64,000 bases of DNA from Usitatibacteraceae bacterium (GCA_044220635.1 JBGAQP010000018.1:8867-72866); one strand, 5' to 3'. Counted from the stretch's first letter, positions 46,227 through 58,072 are shown. A program made the numbers and translations. Notes: generated by a model not told the origin, from the sequence alone.

Positions 46227-46726
46227 GCGCCTTCCTCCCGGCCCGCGCGGACGACGGCTTCCACCGCCCGGAAGAGCTCGCGCCCGCGCCGGGGGGGCTT
46301 GCCGGAGTGGCGCTCGGCGAGCGCGGCCTCGGCGAGCGCGCGCAGGCGCGCGGCGTCGGCCGCGGGGAACTCGGCAGCGAAGCGCTGCGCGGCCGCGGGG
46401 TCGGCGAGCAGGTCGTCGCGCCAGCGCTCGGCGAGGTGCATCAGCGCCGTCCGGCGGTGCGAGGGGGCGCTTCTCGCCGCGAGCTCGGCGGCGATCGGCG
46501 CGGCGTCGATGTCGCGCATCAGGCGGCCGATGTACTGCAGCTGGCGGCGCACCGCCTCGTGCTTGCTGAAGCGCTTGCAGGCGAGCACCGCCTCGCGCAG
46601 CTTCTCGGGCATCTCGATTCTCGCGAGCGCCTCCGCCGAAAGCCCGGTGAGCGCCTTGCCGAGGTCCTGCAGGTCGTGGGCCTGCCGCTTGCGGCGCGTC
46701 TTGCTGATAAAATCGTCTTCGTCCAT
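46223..46726 (-). CDS. yjgA: YjgA/DarP (DUF615) ribosome-associated protein
   Basis: ORF 46223..46726. Reads MDEDDFISKTRRKRQAHDLQDLGKAL..LREAV..CKRFSKHEAVRRQLQYIGRLMR... It is divergent from pmbA, as in E. coli. Confidence 0.85.
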   Translation of the reverse strand: MDEDDFISKTRRKRQAHDLQDLGKALTGLSAEALARIEMPEKLREAVLACKRFSKHEAVRRQLQYIGRLMRDIDAAPIAAELAARSAPSHRRTALMHLAERWRDDLLADPAAAQRFAAEFPAADAARLRALAEAALAERHSGKPPRRGRELFRAVEAVVRAGREEGA

Positions 46727-46821
46727 TCCCGCTTCTTCTTCCCCGCCCGAAGGCCGGGCCCGCCCTTCCGCCGCTGGAGTTTAGAGCTTTTTCGGCGCCC
46801 CGACGAACCGATTCCGCCTCC

Positions 46822-48177
46822 ATGCCCGATACCGCCGCCCCCAGCGCATTGCCGCTTTCCCGCGACGCGCTCGTCCGGATCGCCGAGCGCACGCTCGCCG
46901 CCGCCACCGAGCGCGGGGCGAGCGCCGCCGAGGTCGAGGTCTCGGCCGCCGTCGGCCAGTCGGTGACCGTGCGCCGCGGCGAGGTCGAGACGGTCGAGTA
47001 CAACCGAGACAAGGGCGCGGGCCTCACCGTGTACTTCGGCCACCGGCGTGGCCACGCGAGCACCTCGGACGTCTCCGACGAGGCGCTCCTGCGCACGGTG
47101 GAGGCCGCCTGCGCCATCGCCCGCCACACCGCCGCCGACGAGGCCGCGGGCCTGCCCGACGCCGCGGGCCTCTTCCGGGGGGAGGCCCCGGACCTGGGCC
47201 TTTGCCATCCCTGGAAGCTCAGCGTCGAGGAGGCGATCGAGCTCGCGCGACGGACCGAGGCCGCGGCCCTCGCCGTGGACCGGCGGATCACGAATTCCGA
47301 GGGCGCGACGGTGTCGGGCCACGACGCGGACTTCGTGCTCGCCAACACCCTCGGCTTCCTCGGCGGCTATCCCACCACGCGCGCGAGCATCTCCTGCGGC
47401 GTGGTCGCCGAGGACGGCGGCGGCATGCAGCGCGACCACTGGTACACGACGCACCGCGACCCCGCGGGGCTCGAGGACGCGGAATCGGTCGGCCGGCGCT
47501 CGGGGGAGCGCGCGGTGCGCCGCCTCGGCGCGCGCAAGCTCGCGACCACGGAGGCCCCGGTGCTCTTCGAGGCGAACGTCGCGGGAAGCCTGCTCGGGCA
47601 TTTCGTGACCGCCGCGAGCGGCTCGAGCCTCTACCGGCGCTCCTCGTTCCTCCTCGACCGGCTGGGCGAGGCGGTGTTCTCCCCGGTGGTGGACCTGCTC
47701 GAGGACCCGCACCGGCCCGGCGAGCTCGCGAGCGGCTATTTCGACGCCGAGGGCGTGGCGACCGCGAAGCGGCGCGTGGTCGAGGCGGGCGTGCTCCGCG
47801 GCTGGTTCCTCTCGAGCTACTCGGCGCGCAAGCTCGGGCTCGCCACGACGGGCAACGCGGGCGGCAGCCACAACCTCCTGCTCGCGGCCGGCGAGCACGA
47901 CTTCGACGGCCTCGTGAAGCTCATGGGGCGCGGGCTCGTCGTCACCGAGATGATGGGGCAGGGCGTCAACCCCGTGACCGGCGACTACTCGCGCGGCGCC
48001 TCGGGGTTCTGGGTCGAGGACGGCGAGATCCGCTTCCCCGTCGAGGAGGTCACGATCGCCGGCAACCTCCTCGACATGTACCGCGGCATCGTCGCCACGG
48101 GGCGCGACGTCCTCGTGCGCGGCGCGCGCCACTGCGGCTCGATCCTCGTCGGGCGCATGACCATCGCGGGCGACTGA
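46822..48177 (+). CDS. pmbA: Metalloprotease PmbA (TldE)
   Basis: ORF 46822..48177. Reads ..SVTVRRGEVETVEYNRDKG.., C-terminal ..NPVTGDYSRGASGFWVEDGEI..PVEEVTIAGNL. Confidence 0.92.
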   Translation: MPDTAAPSALPLSRDALVRIAERTLAAATERGASAAEVEVSAAVGQSVTVRRGEVETVEYNRDKGAGLTVYFGHRRGHASTSDVSDEALLRTVEAACAIARHTAADEAAGLPDAAGLFRGEAPDLGLCHPWKLSVEEAIELARRTEAAALAVDRRITNSEGATVSGHDADFVLANTLGFLGGYPTTRASISCGVVAEDGGGMQRDHWYTTHRDPAGLEDAESVGRRSGERAVRRLGARKLATTEAPVLFEANVAGSLLGHFVTAASGSSLYRRSSFLLDRLGEAVFSPVVDLLEDPHRPGELASGYFDAEGVATAKRRVVEAGVLRGWFLSSYSARKLGLATTGNAGGSHNLLLAAGEHDFDGLVKLMGRGLVVTEMMGQGVNPVTGDYSRGASGFWVEDGEIRFPVEEVTIAGNLLDMYRGIVATGRDVLVRGARHCGSILVGRMTIAGD

Positions 48178-48272
48178 GGGTCGATTCTGGTAGGCTTCGC
48201 GCGTTCCGGCCCCGGGACGCCGCGCGAGGCATGGGGCGCCGGGGCCCCATGAAAACCACCAGGAGACACGGA

Positions 48273-49373
<1,101 letters not shown>

Positions 49374-49390
49374 TCCCGGCCCCGGAAGCG

Positions 49391-49415
49391 AAAAGGCCCG
49401 CGGCGCGGGCCTTTT
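49391..49415. terminator. Bidirectional Rho-independent terminator between the convergent dctP and dctM
   Basis: AAAAGGCCCGC-ggc-GCGGGCCTTTT: a symmetric A-tract / stem / T-tract. Confidence 0.75.
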
Positions 49416-49436
49416 CCTTTTCCGGCGCGCCGCGGC

Positions 49437-51272
49437 TCACCGGCCGCCGCGAAGCTGCCTCTCGATCTCCTCGGCGGCCTCCTCCTCCGGCGTGCGCGCT
49501 TTCGCCGCGCCCTTCACGGGCGCCTTCCCGCCCTTGAGCTCGCGTTCGATCGCCGCGGCCGGGTCCTCCGGCGCGGAATCCGGGGCCTTGCCGGGCGGCG
49601 TATCGGGCGCTCCGAGGTCCTTCATGAGGTCCCCGGGTTGCTCCGCGGGCTCCATCGTCGGGATCTCGATCTTCACCTTCGAGGGATCGACCGTGGACTC
49701 GCCCGCCTTGTACACGAGGACCATCTGCGGGAAGGCGATCACGATCCCGATCATGATCACCTGGATCGCCACGAAGGGCACCGCGCCCCAGTAGATCTGC
49801 CCCGTGGTCACCGGGGCGGTGAGCCTTCCGGTCACCTTGTCCAGGTACTCCTTGGCGGGGGCCACGCTTCGCAGGTAGAAGAGCGCGAAGCCGAAGGGCG
49901 GGTGCATGAACGAGGTCTGCATGTTCACGCCGAGCAGCACCCCGAACCAGATGAGGTCGATGCCGAGCTTCTCCGCCACGGGGCCGAGCAGCGGGACGAC
50001 GATGAACGCGAGCTCGAAGAAATCGAGGAAGAAGGCGAGCACGAAGACGATGAGGTTCACGACGATGAGGAAGCCCGTCTGCCCGCCCGGCAGGTCGACG
50101 AGCAGTTCCTCGACCCACTTGTGGCCGTCGACGCCGTAGAAGGTGAGGCTGAAGACGCGCGCACCGATGAGGATGAAGAGCACGAAGGCCGAGAGCTTGG
50201 CCGTGGTGTCCATCGCCTGGCCCATGAGCCTGACCGAAAGCCGGCGGCGGCCGACCGCCATCGCGAGCGCGCCCGCCGCGCCCATGGCCCCGCCCTCGGT
50301 CGGCGTGGCCCAGCCGAGGAAGATGGTGCCCAGCACGAGGAAGATCAGGCCGAGGGGCGGGATCAGCACGAACACGACCTGCTCGGCGATGCGCGACAGG
50401 AGGTTCAGCTTGAGTGCCCGGTTGGCCAGCGCGGCGAGGAGCGCGAAGCCCGCGCCGGCGGCCGCGGCCATCACGAGCCGCTCGTCGAGCATCGCCTCGG
50501 CGTACCGGCGCGTGTACCAGAAGGCGTCGGACGCCCAGCCGACGGCGGCCGAGGCCGCGGCGAGCACGAGGAAGGAGGGCGTGCCGCTCGAGCCGTCGGG
50601 CTGCCTGAGCTTCCTCGCCGCGGGGGGCAGCGCCGGCGCCCACGCGGGCTTGAAGGCGGCGATTCCCGCCGTGTAGAGGGCGTACAGGCCCGTGAGGACC
50701 AGCCCGGGGATGAAGGAGCCCGCGTACATGTCGCCCACGGACTTGCCGAGCTGGTCGGCCATGATGATGAGCACGAGCGAAGGCGGGATGATCTGGGCGA
50801 GCGTGCCCGAGGCGGCGATCACGCCCGAGGCGAAGCGCCGGTCGTAGCCGTAGCGCAGCATGATCGGCAGGGAGATGAGGCCCATGGAGATCACCGAGGC
50901 GGCGACGACGCCGGTGGTCGCCGCGAGCAGCGCCCCCACGAAGATCACCGCGAAGGCGAGCCCGCCGCGCAGCGGCCCGAAGAGCTGCCCGACGGTGTCG
51001 AGCAGGTCCTCGGCCATGCCGCTTCGCTCGAGGATCAGCCCCATGAAGGTGAAGAAGGGCACGGCGAGCAGGGTGTCGTTCGACATGACGCCCCAGAGCC
51101 GCTCGGGGAGCGCCTGGAAGAGCGCGGCGTCGAGGAGCCCGAGCTCGATGCCCACCAGCCCGAAGAAGATGCCGTTGGCGGCGAGCGCGAACGCGACCGG
51201 ATAGCCGAGCAGCAGGAAGACCACCAGCGCCGCGAACATGATCGGCGCGAGGTTGTGCGCGAGCAGCTCCAT
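49437..51272 (-). CDS. dctM: TRAP transporter large permease subunit (DctM), enlarged 611-aa form
   Basis: C-terminal 611 aa of ORF 49437..51965. From ATG 51272 it reads [31 protein letters not shown].., with the typical DctM core. It also has an extra central hydrophobic insert and a hydrophilic tail of about 90 aa. The start overlaps the dctQ stop by 1 nt. Confidence 0.88.
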   Translation of the reverse strand: MELLAHNLAPIMFAALVVFLLLGYPVAFALAANGIFFGLVGIELGLLDAALFQALPERLWGVMSNDTLLAVPFFTFMGLILERSGMAEDLLDTVGQLFGPLRGGLAFAVIFVGALLAATTGVVAASVISMGLISLPIMLRYGYDRRFASGVIAASGTLAQIIPPSLVLIIMADQLGKSVGDMYAGSFIPGLVLTGLYALYTAGIAAFKPAWAPALPPAARKLRQPDGSSGTPSFLVLAAASAAVGWASDAFWYTRRYAEAMLDERLVMAAAAGAGFALLAALANRALKLNLLSRIAEQVVFVLIPPLGLIFLVLGTIFLGWATPTEGGAMGAAGALAMAVGRRRLSVRLMGQAMDTTAKLSAFVLFILIGARVFSLTFYGVDGHKWVEELLVDLPGGQTGFLIVVNLIVFVLAFFLDFFELAFIVVPLLGPVAEKLGIDLIWFGVLLGVNMQTSFMHPPFGFALFYLRSVAPAKEYLDKVTGRLTAPVTTGQIYWGAVPFVAIQVIMIGIVIAFPQMVLVYKAGESTVDPSKVKIEIPTMEPAEQPGDLMKDLGAPDTPPGKAPDSAPEDPAAAIERELKGGKAPVKGAAKARTPEEEAAEEIERQLRGGR

Positions 51273-51862
51273 CAGGACTTGCCCTCGGCGATCCTGCGGA
51301 TCTCCTCGGCGAGTTCGCGCTCGGCGCTGTGCCCGTGAAGCGCCTCGGCCGGGTCGGGGCCGGCGCCGCGCAGGAACGCGACGCGCTTCACGAGCTCGGA
51401 CACGCCCTGCAGGGCGAGCAGCGCGAAGCCGATGGGCACCAGCAGCCGCGCGGGCCACAGGGCGAGCCCTCCGGCATTGGTCGAGATCTCCTCGTGCACC
51501 CAGGTGCGCACGAACACCGGCCAGGACAGGTAGATGAAGATGAACGCCATCGGCAGCAGGAAGAAGACGGTGCCGAGGATGTCGATCCAGGTCTGGACGC
51601 GCCGCGAGAAGCGTCCCGCGACGACGTCGATGCGCACGTGCTCGTTGCGCAGCAGCGTGTAGCCCGCGCACAGCAGGAACACCGCCGAGAAGAGGTACCA
51701 CTGCGTCTCGAGGAAGGCGTTCGAGCTCACGTTGAACACCTTGCGCACGATCGCGTTGCCTGCGCTGACGAGCACGGCCACGAGCACGAGCCAGTAGACC
51801 GTGCGGCCGACGCGCTCGTTGAGCCGGTCGATGAGCCGTGCGATTCGCAGCAGGAAGGACAC
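51272..51862 (-). CDS. dctQ: TRAP transporter small permease subunit (DctQ)
   Basis: ORF 51272..51862. It has four hydrophobic segments (..[19 protein letters not shown].., [16 protein letters not shown].., [18 protein letters not shown].., [14 protein letters not shown]) and lies directly upstream of dctM. Confidence 0.85.
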   Translation of the reverse strand: MSFLLRIARLIDRLNERVGRTVYWLVLVAVLVSAGNAIVRKVFNVSSNAFLETQWYLFSAVFLLCAGYTLLRNEHVRIDVVAGRFSRRVQTWIDILGTVFFLLPMAFIFIYLSWPVFVRTWVHEEISTNAGGLALWPARLLVPIGFALLALQGVSELVKRVAFLRGAGPDPAEALHGHSAERELAEEIRRIAEGKS

Positions 51863-52013
51863 GGGAATCTCCTCCGGAAGGCGCGCTGCGGGCGATTATA
51901 AGGGCTCGCTTCGCGCCGGCCCGCCGGCCTTCCGGGATCGGCCGCGGGCGCGTGCTAAAATTCACGCGGTTTCAGACACTTCGAATGGTCCCCCGGGGAG
52001 GCGGGACCCCACC

Positions 52014-53288
52014 ATGTTCGCCGATCCGCCCTCGCTCGCCGCCGCCGACCCCGCGCTCTGGGGCGCGATCCAGTCCGAGTTCCGCCGCCAGGAGGAAGGG
52101 ATCGAGCTCATCGCCTCGGAGAATTACGCGAGCCCGGCGGTCCTCGCCGCGCAGGGCAGCGTCCTCACCAACAAGTACGCCGAGGGGTACCCGGCGAAGC
52201 GCTACTACGGCGGCTGCGAGTTCGTCGACGTCGCCGAATCGCTCGCGATCGAGCGGGTGAGGAAGCTCTTCGGCGCCGAGTACGCGAACGTGCAGCCCCA
52301 TTCGGGCTCGCAGGCGAACCAGGCGGTGTACATGGCGATGCTGCAGCCGGGCGACACCATCCTCGGGATGTCGCTCGCCCACGGCGGGCACCTCACCCAT
52401 GGCGCGGCGGTGAACCTCTCGGGCAAGCTCTACCGCTCCGTCGCCTACGGGCTCGACGGGCGCGAGGAGATCGACTACGGCCAGGTGCGCGCGCTCGCCG
52501 AGGAGTTCAACCCGCGCCTGATCGTGGCGGGCGCCTCGGCCTATGCGCTGCGGATCGACTGGCAGCGCTTCCGCGACATCGCCGACGAGATGGGGGCGCT
52601 GCTGATGGTGGACATGGCCCACTACGCGGGGCTCGTTGCCGCCGGAGCCTACCCGAGCCCCGTGGGCATCGCCGACTTCGTGACCAGCACGACGCACAAG
52701 ACCCTGCGCGGCCCGCGCGGCGGCATCATCCTCGCGCGCGCCGAGCACGAGAAGGCGCTCAACTCCGCGATCTTCCCGGGGATCCAGGGCGGGCCCCTCA
52801 TGCACGTGATCGCCGCGAAGGCGGTCTCCTTCCTCGAGGCGCAGCAGCCCGCCTTCGCCGCCTACCAGCGCCAGGTGCTCGCCAACGCCGCGGCGATGGC
52901 CGCCACCCTCGCCAAGCGCGGCCTGAGGATCGTCTCGGGGCGCACCGAGAGCCACGTCTTCCTCGTCGACCTGCGCGCCAAGCGCATCACCGGCAAGGAC
53001 GCGGAGGCCGCGCTCGGGCGCGCGCACATCACCGTGAACAAGAACGCGATCCCCAACGACCCGGAGAAGCCCTTCGTCACCTCCGGCATCCGCATCGGCT
53101 CGCCGGCCATGACCACGCGCGGCTTCGGCACGGCCGAGGCCGAGCAGGTCGCGGAGCTGATCGCCGACGTCCTCGAGGCCCCGGCCGACGCGGCGGCGCT
53201 CGCGCGCGCCGGCGCCGCGGTGAAGGCGCTGTGCGCGCGCTTCCCCGTCTACGGTCCCGCGATGCGCGCGACCTACGGCATGGCCTGA
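52014..53288 (+). CDS. glyA: Serine hydroxymethyltransferase
   Basis: C-terminal 424 aa of ORF 51801..53288. From ATG 52014 it reads [34 protein letters not shown].., with PLP-lysine motif [12 protein letters not shown]. Confidence 0.96.
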   Translation: MFADPPSLAAADPALWGAIQSEFRRQEEGIELIASENYASPAVLAAQGSVLTNKYAEGYPAKRYYGGCEFVDVAESLAIERVRKLFGAEYANVQPHSGSQANQAVYMAMLQPGDTILGMSLAHGGHLTHGAAVNLSGKLYRSVAYGLDGREEIDYGQVRALAEEFNPRLIVAGASAYALRIDWQRFRDIADEMGALLMVDMAHYAGLVAAGAYPSPVGIADFVTSTTHKTLRGPRGGIILARAEHEKALNSAIFPGIQGGPLMHVIAAKAVSFLEAQQPAFAAYQRQVLANAAAMAATLAKRGLRIVSGRTESHVFLVDLRAKRITGKDAEAALGRAHITVNKNAIPNDPEKPFVTSGIRIGSPAMTTRGFGTAEAEQVAELIADVLEAPADAAALARAGAAVKALCARFPVYGPAMRATYGMA

Positions 53289-53308
53289 GAGCGCGGGGAG
53301 ACGCGAGC

Positions 53309-53761
53309 GTGAAGTGCCCCTTCTGCGGCGCCGAGGACACCCAGGTGATCGACTCGCGCGTGAGCGAGGAGGGCGACTCCATCCGCCGGCGCCGGCGCTG
53401 CCAGGTGTGCGCGAAGCGCTTCACGACCTACGAGACGGCGGAGCTGCGCATGCCGCAGATCGTCAAGACCAACGGCCAGCGCGAGGACTTCTCCTCGGCG
53501 AAGCTGCGCACCGGCTTCCAGCGGGCGCTGCACAAGCGGCCGGTGACCACGGAGCTCGTGGACGCCGCGATCCAGAGGATCGAGCAGAAGCTGCTCGCCC
53601 TCGGCGAGCGCGAGGTCGACTCGCGGCGCCTGGGCGAGATGGTGATGGAGGAGCTCCGCAAGCTCGACAAGGTCGCCTACATCCGCTTCGCCTCCGTCTA
53701 CCGCAGCTTCCAGGACGTCGAGGACTTCCGCGACGCGATCCGCGAGGTCCGCGAGAAGTAG
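53309..53761 (+). CDS. nrdR: Transcriptional repressor NrdR
   Basis: In ORF 53231..53761. From GTG 53309 it reads [42 protein letters not shown] (zinc ribbon), followed by an ATP-cone. Confidence 0.93.
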   Translation: MKCPFCGAEDTQVIDSRVSEEGDSIRRRRRCQVCAKRFTTYETAELRMPQIVKTNGQREDFSSAKLRTGFQRALHKRPVTTELVDAAIQRIEQKLLALGEREVDSRRLGEMVMEELRKLDKVAYIRFASVYRSFQDVEDFRDAIREVREK

Positions 53762-53777
53762 GCCGCGGAACGCGACC

Positions 53778-54869
53778 ATGTTCGACGCCGTCGACCACGC
53801 GCACATGGCGAGGGCGCTCGCGCTCACGGCGCGCGGGCGCGACACCGCCACCCCGAACCCCAGCGTGGGCTGCGTCATCGCGCGCGGCGACCGCGTGATC
53901 GGCGAGGGCTGGCACGAGCGCGCGGGCGAGCCCCACGCGGAGGCGCGCGCGCTCGCCGCCTGCTCGGAGTCGCCCTCGGGCGCCACGGCCTACGTCACGC
54001 TCGAGCCCTGCAGCCACCACGGGCGCACGCCGCCTTGCGCCGACGCCCTCGTGGGCGCGCGCGTGGCGCGGGTGGTCGCGGCCCTCGAGGACCCGAACCC
54101 CCTGGTGAAGGGCCGGGGTGCGGCGCGGCTTCGCGAGGCGGGCGTGCGGGTCGACACGGGCCTCATGGCCGAGGCGGCGCGCGAGGCGCACCTGGGCTTC
54201 GTCGCGCGCATGAGCCGCGGCCGGCCCTGGATGCGGATCAAGTCCGCCGCCTCGCTCGACGGGCGCATCGCGCTCGCCAACGGCGAGAGCCGCTGGATCA
54301 CGGGCGAGGCCGCCCGCCGCGACGTGCACCGCCTGCGCGCGCGCTCCTGCGCCATCCTCACGGGGATCGGCACGGTGCTGCGCGACGACCCCGAGCTCAC
54401 GGTGCGCCACGTCCCCTGCAGCCGCCAGCCGCGGCGCGTGCTCGTCGACAGCCACCTCGACCTGCCCCCGGGGGCGAAGCTGCTGCGCTCCGGCGCGCCG
54501 CCGCTCGTGGCCACCGTGAGCGAGGACGCCGCGCGCCGGCGCCGGCTCGAGGACGCGGGCGCCGAGGTGGTCGTGGTGCCGCGCCAGGGCGAGAAGACCG
54601 ACCTCGCGGCCGTCGCGCGGCTGCTCGCCGAACGCGGGTTCAACGAGGTGACGGTGGAGACCGGCGCCAAGCTCTCGGGCTCGCTCATCGCCGCGGGAGT
54701 GGTCGACGAGATCGTGCTCTACTTCGCGCCGCTCCTGCTGGGCGAGAGCGCGCAGGGCCTCTTCGCGCTGCCCGTCTTCACCAATCTCGCGCAGGGCCTG
54801 CGCCCGCGCATCGTCGACCTGCGCTCGGTGGGCGAGGAACTGCGCCTCACCGCCCGCCTGGAGGGATGA
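53778..54869 (+). CDS. ribD: Bifunctional riboflavin biosynthesis protein RibD (deaminase/reductase)
   Basis: ORF 53778..54869. It has the deaminase motifs HAE and PCSHHGRTPPC, and a reductase half. Confidence 0.94.
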   Translation: MFDAVDHAHMARALALTARGRDTATPNPSVGCVIARGDRVIGEGWHERAGEPHAEARALAACSESPSGATAYVTLEPCSHHGRTPPCADALVGARVARVVAALEDPNPLVKGRGAARLREAGVRVDTGLMAEAAREAHLGFVARMSRGRPWMRIKSAASLDGRIALANGESRWITGEAARRDVHRLRARSCAILTGIGTVLRDDPELTVRHVPCSRQPRRVLVDSHLDLPPGAKLLRSGAPPLVATVSEDAARRRRLEDAGAEVVVVPRQGEKTDLAAVARLLAERGFNEVTVETGAKLSGSLIAAGVVDEIVLYFAPLLLGESAQGLFALPVFTNLAQGLRPRIVDLRSVGEELRLTARLEG

Positions 54870-54870
54870 G

Positions 54871-55461
54871 ATGTTCACCGGCATCGTGACCTCGGTCGGG
54901 CGCATCGTTCGCGCCGAGCCCGCGGGCGACGGCCTGAGGCTCGCGATCGAGGCCCCGGGCCTGGGCCTCGAGGACGTGGCGATCGGCGACTCGATCGCGA
55001 TCCAGGGCGCGTGCCACACGGTGGTGGCCCGGGACGCGCGCGGCTTCGAGGTCGAGAGCTCGCGGGCGACCCTCGAGGTGACCGCGGGGCTCGAGGCGGG
55101 GCGCGAGGTGAACCTCGAGAAGTCGCTGCGGCTCTCGGACCGCCTCGGCGGGCACCTCGTCTCGGGCCACGTCGACGGCGTGGGCCGCGTGGCGGCCTTC
55201 GAGGACCTCGGGGGAAGCTGGCGGCTCGTGGTCGACGCACCGGCCGCGCTCGCGCGCTACATCGCGCGCAAGGGCTCGGTCGCGCTCGACGGGGTGAGCC
55301 TCACGGTGAACGCCGTGGAAGGCGCGCGCTTCGAGGTGAACATCATCCCGCACACGCGCGCGGCGACCACGATCCGCGGCCTCGCCGCGGGCTCGCGCGT
55401 CAACATCGAGGTCGATCTCGCGGCGCGCTACCTCGAGCGCCTGCAGTCGGCGCCCGGCTAG
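54871..55461 (+). CDS. ribE: Riboflavin synthase (alpha chain)
   Basis: ORF 54871..55461. Reads [12 protein letters not shown].. with an internally duplicated lumazine-binding barrel (..[13 protein letters not shown].. / ..[13 protein letters not shown]..). Confidence 0.94.
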   Translation: MFTGIVTSVGRIVRAEPAGDGLRLAIEAPGLGLEDVAIGDSIAIQGACHTVVARDARGFEVESSRATLEVTAGLEAGREVNLEKSLRLSDRLGGHLVSGHVDGVGRVAAFEDLGGSWRLVVDAPAALARYIARKGSVALDGVSLTVNAVEGARFEVNIIPHTRAATTIRGLAAGSRVNIEVDLAARYLERLQSAPG

Positions 55462-55462
55462 C

Positions 55463-55843
55463 TCAGGGCGCCTTCTTCGGGGGCGCCTTCGGGTCGAACA
55501 TGTAGAGGATCGCGGCGCGCAACTCGGCGTCCGTCAGGTCCGCCCGGCCCCCGCGCGGCGGCATGCCGTCGTGGCCGCGGATGCCGGCGAGCACCAGCGT
55601 GTCCAGGCCCTTCGAGAGCCGCGGCGTCCAGGCCTTCTTGTCGCCGATCCTCGGCGCACCCTTCTTGCCCTCGCGGTGGCAGGCCGCGCAGCTCGCCTCG
55701 ACGACGTCCTTCGCGGCGCGGCTCTTCTCCTCGGCGGGGGCGGGGACGGGCCAGAGGGCGGCGGCCGCGACGGCGGCGGCCGAGGCGGCGATCGCGGCCC
55801 TGCGGATCGCGGGGGAAGTCGGAAACGGTTTCGGAGTTCTCAT
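55463..55843 (-). CDS. Exported mono-haem class-I c-type cytochrome (c5-like)
   Basis: ORF 55463..55843, with SD GGAGGA. It has a signal/anchor segment, the haem motif CAACH and a distal Met region [10 protein letters not shown]. Confidence 0.85.
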   Translation of the reverse strand: MRTPKPFPTSPAIRRAAIAASAAAVAAAALWPVPAPAEEKSRAAKDVVEASCAACHREGKKGAPRIGDKKAWTPRLSKGLDTLVLAGIRGHDGMPPRGGRADLTDAELRAAILYMFDPKAPPKKAP

Positions 55844-56001
55844 GGTTCCTCCAGGTTCGCGGCGTCTTACCCGCCATGGAAGCCCTTTCGGGCCGCCGCG
55901 ATGTTGACATAAGGCAAAGCCCGGCGGGAGAGGGCGCGCGCCGCGGGGCGGCGGGACGCAAAGTCGGGCAAAATGTCGCTTTCCCCATCCGGTCGAGCGC
56001 C

Positions 56002-57120
56002 GTGAAGATCAGCCCGATCCCCGAAATCATCGACGACATCCGCCGCGGGCGGATGGTCGTGCTCGTGGACGCCGAGGACCGCGAGAACGAGGGCGACCTC
56101 GTGCTCGCCGCGGACTTCGTCACGCCCGAGGCGATCAACTTCATGGCCACGCACGCGCGCGGCCTCATCTGCCTCACGCTCACCGAGGAGCGCTGCCGGC
56201 AGCTGAACCTCCCGCTCATGGTCTCCGACAACCGCTCGCCCCACGGCACGGCCTTCACCGTCTCGATCGAGGCCGCCGCGGGCGTGAGCACCGGCATCTC
56301 CGCGGCGGACCGCGCGCGCACGGTGCGCGCCGCGGTCGCGCGCCACGCGAAGCCCGGCGACATCGTCCAGCCCGGGCACATCTTCCCGGTGATGGCGCAA
56401 AACGGCGGCGTGCTCGTGCGCGCGGGGCACACGGAAGCGGGCTGCGACCTCGCCGAGGCCGCGGGCCTCACGCCCGCCGCGGTGATCTGCGAGGTGATGA
56501 AGCCCGACGGGGAGATGGCGCGCCTGCCCGACCTCGTGGAATTCGCCGAGCGCCACGGCCTGAGGCTCGGGACGATCGCGGACCTCATCCGCCACCGCAG
56601 CGAGACCGAGACCCTCGTCGAGCGCGTCTGCGACAAGCCGATCTCGACGCCCTACGGGCCCTTCCGGCTGGTGATCTACCACGACACGACGGCCGACGAG
56701 CTGCACTACGCCCTCGTGAAGGGCGAGCCCGAGCCCTCGCGCGCGGTGCTCGTGCGCGTGCACGAGCCCTTCATCTCCCTCGATCTCTTCGACTTCGACG
56801 CGGCGCGCCACGCCTATTCGGTCCAGGACGCGATGCGCATCGTCGCGCACCACAAGGAGGGCGTCATCGTGCTGCTGCGCCGGCGCGAGAACGCCTCGGA
56901 GACGCTCGAGCGCATCGCGGGTTCCGTCGTGGAGCGGCGCGTCGAGCGCGCCTGGGACCCGCGCCTGCACGGCATCGGCGCCCAGATCCTGCGCGACCTC
57001 GGCGTCGGGCGCATGCGTGTGCTCGCCCGGCCCAAGCGCATCCCGAGCATGTCGGGCTTCGGGCTCGAGGTGGTCGAGTACCTCTCCCCCGACGACAAGT
57101 CCGCGATGAAGGCCGTATGA
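56002..57120 (+). CDS. ribBA: Bifunctional 3,4-dihydroxy-2-butanone-4-phosphate synthase / GTP cyclohydrolase II
   Basis: In ORF 55876..57120. From GTG 56002 it reads [37 protein letters not shown]... The start choice rests on remembered homolog N-termini and is uncertain. Confidence 0.9.
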   Translation: MKISPIPEIIDDIRRGRMVVLVDAEDRENEGDLVLAADFVTPEAINFMATHARGLICLTLTEERCRQLNLPLMVSDNRSPHGTAFTVSIEAAAGVSTGISAADRARTVRAAVARHAKPGDIVQPGHIFPVMAQNGGVLVRAGHTEAGCDLAEAAGLTPAAVICEVMKPDGEMARLPDLVEFAERHGLRLGTIADLIRHRSETETLVERVCDKPISTPYGPFRLVIYHDTTADELHYALVKGEPEPSRAVLVRVHEPFISLDLFDFDAARHAYSVQDAMRIVAHHKEGVIVLLRRRENASETLERIAGSVVERRVERAWDPRLHGIGAQILRDLGVGRMRVLARPKRIPSMSGFGLEVVEYLSPDDKSAMKAV

Positions 57121-57587
57121 CGCAGCTCGCGCCGGAGCTCAAGGGCGAGGGGCTGAGGATCGCCATCGTCTGGAGCCGCTTCAACGAGGAGATCGTGCGC
57201 GCGCTGCTCACGGCCTGCGACCGCGAGCTGCACGAGCTGGGGGTCGACGCCGGGGACATCGACGTGGTGAGCGTGCCGGGCGCGCTCGAGATCCCGCTCG
57301 CGCTCCAGGCGCTCGCCCTCGAGCGCCGCGGCTTCGGGGTGCGCTACGACGCGCTCGTCGCCCTGGGGGCGGTGGTGCGCGGGGATACCTACCATTTCGA
57401 GGTGGTCTCCAACGAGAGCGCGCGCGGCATCCTCGACGTTCAGCTCGAGACCGGCGTGCCGGTGGCCAACGGCGTGCTCACGACCTCCACCGAGGAGCAG
57501 GCGCGCGCGCGCGCGGCGGTGAAGGGTGCCGAGGCCGCGCGCACCGCCGTCGAGATGGCCAACCTCCTGAGGGCCCTGGGCGCATGA
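57117..57587 (+). CDS. ribH: 6,7-dimethyl-8-ribityllumazine synthase
   Basis: ORF 57117..57587, with an ATGA overlap. Reads ..[13 protein letters not shown].., [12 protein letters not shown]. Confidence 0.94.
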   Translation: MTQLAPELKGEGLRIAIVWSRFNEEIVRALLTACDRELHELGVDAGDIDVVSVPGALEIPLALQALALERRGFGVRYDALVALGAVVRGDTYHFEVVSNESARGILDVQLETGVPVANGVLTTSTEEQARARAAVKGAEAARTAVEMANLLRALGA

Positions 57588-58072
57588 GCTCGCCGCGGCG
57601 CCGCGCGCGCGAGCTCGCGCTGCAGGGCCTGTACCAGTGGCAGTTCACGGGCGGCACGCCCGCCGCGGTGCTGCGCGACCTCGCCGAGCTCGAGGGCTAC
57701 GACGAGGCGGACCGGGCGTTCCTCAAGTCCGAGCTCTCCGGCGCGATGAAGCACGCCGAGGAGAACCGCGCCGCGCTCGAGCCCCTCGCGGACCGCAAGT
57801 GGGAGGAGGTGAGTCCGGTCGAGCGCGCGATCCTGCTGCTCGGCGCCTGGGAGCTGGGGCGCTGCCCGGAGATCCCCTACCGCGTGGCGATCAACGAGGC
57901 GATCGAGCTCGCCAAGCGCTTCGGCGGCACCGACGGACACAAGTACGTGAACGGCATCCTCGATCGCTTCGCCGCCCGGGCCCGGGCGGAGGAGATCGCC
58001 GCGGGAAGCGCCCCGGCCGGGAAGCCGCGCCCCGGCGGCGCCCGCCGCGCCACCCGGAAGACCCCCGCATGA
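57584..58072 (+). CDS. nusB: Transcription antitermination factor NusB
   Basis: ORF 57584..58072, with an ATGA overlap. Reads [15 protein letters not shown].., [23 protein letters not shown]. It has a basic C-terminal extension. Confidence 0.93.
   Translation: MSSPRRRARELALQGLYQWQFTGGTPAAVLRDLAELEGYDEADRAFLKSELSGAMKHAEENRAALEPLADRKWEEVSPVERAILLLGAWELGRCPEIPYRVAINEAIELAKRFGGTDGHKYVNGILDRFAARARAEEIAAGSAPAGKPRPGGARRATRKTPA

Noticed and set aside
48186-48202. Sigma54-like GG-N10-GC spacing (TGGTAGGCTTCGCGC) upstream of dctP
   Set aside because: Only the invariant GG and GC dinucleotides match. The flanking consensus (TGGCAC / TTGCA) is poor, and no enhancer-binding-protein gene is nearby.
51863-52013. 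Possible ZTP/pfl or other riboswitch, or a MetR box, upstream of glyA
   Set aside because: There is no CCGCCTGGGC-type pseudoknot segment, no GGGTCG-type 5' segment and no TGAA-N5-TTCA box. Only a small hairpin (GGTCCC...GGGACC) lies before the start.
55844-56001. Possible FMN (RFN) riboswitch upstream of ribBA
   Set aside because: I looked for the conserved RFN core strings that I remember (GGGTGAAATTCC-type and GCCGACAGT-type segments). None is present, so the spacer does not resemble the element. An Rfam scan would be decisive.
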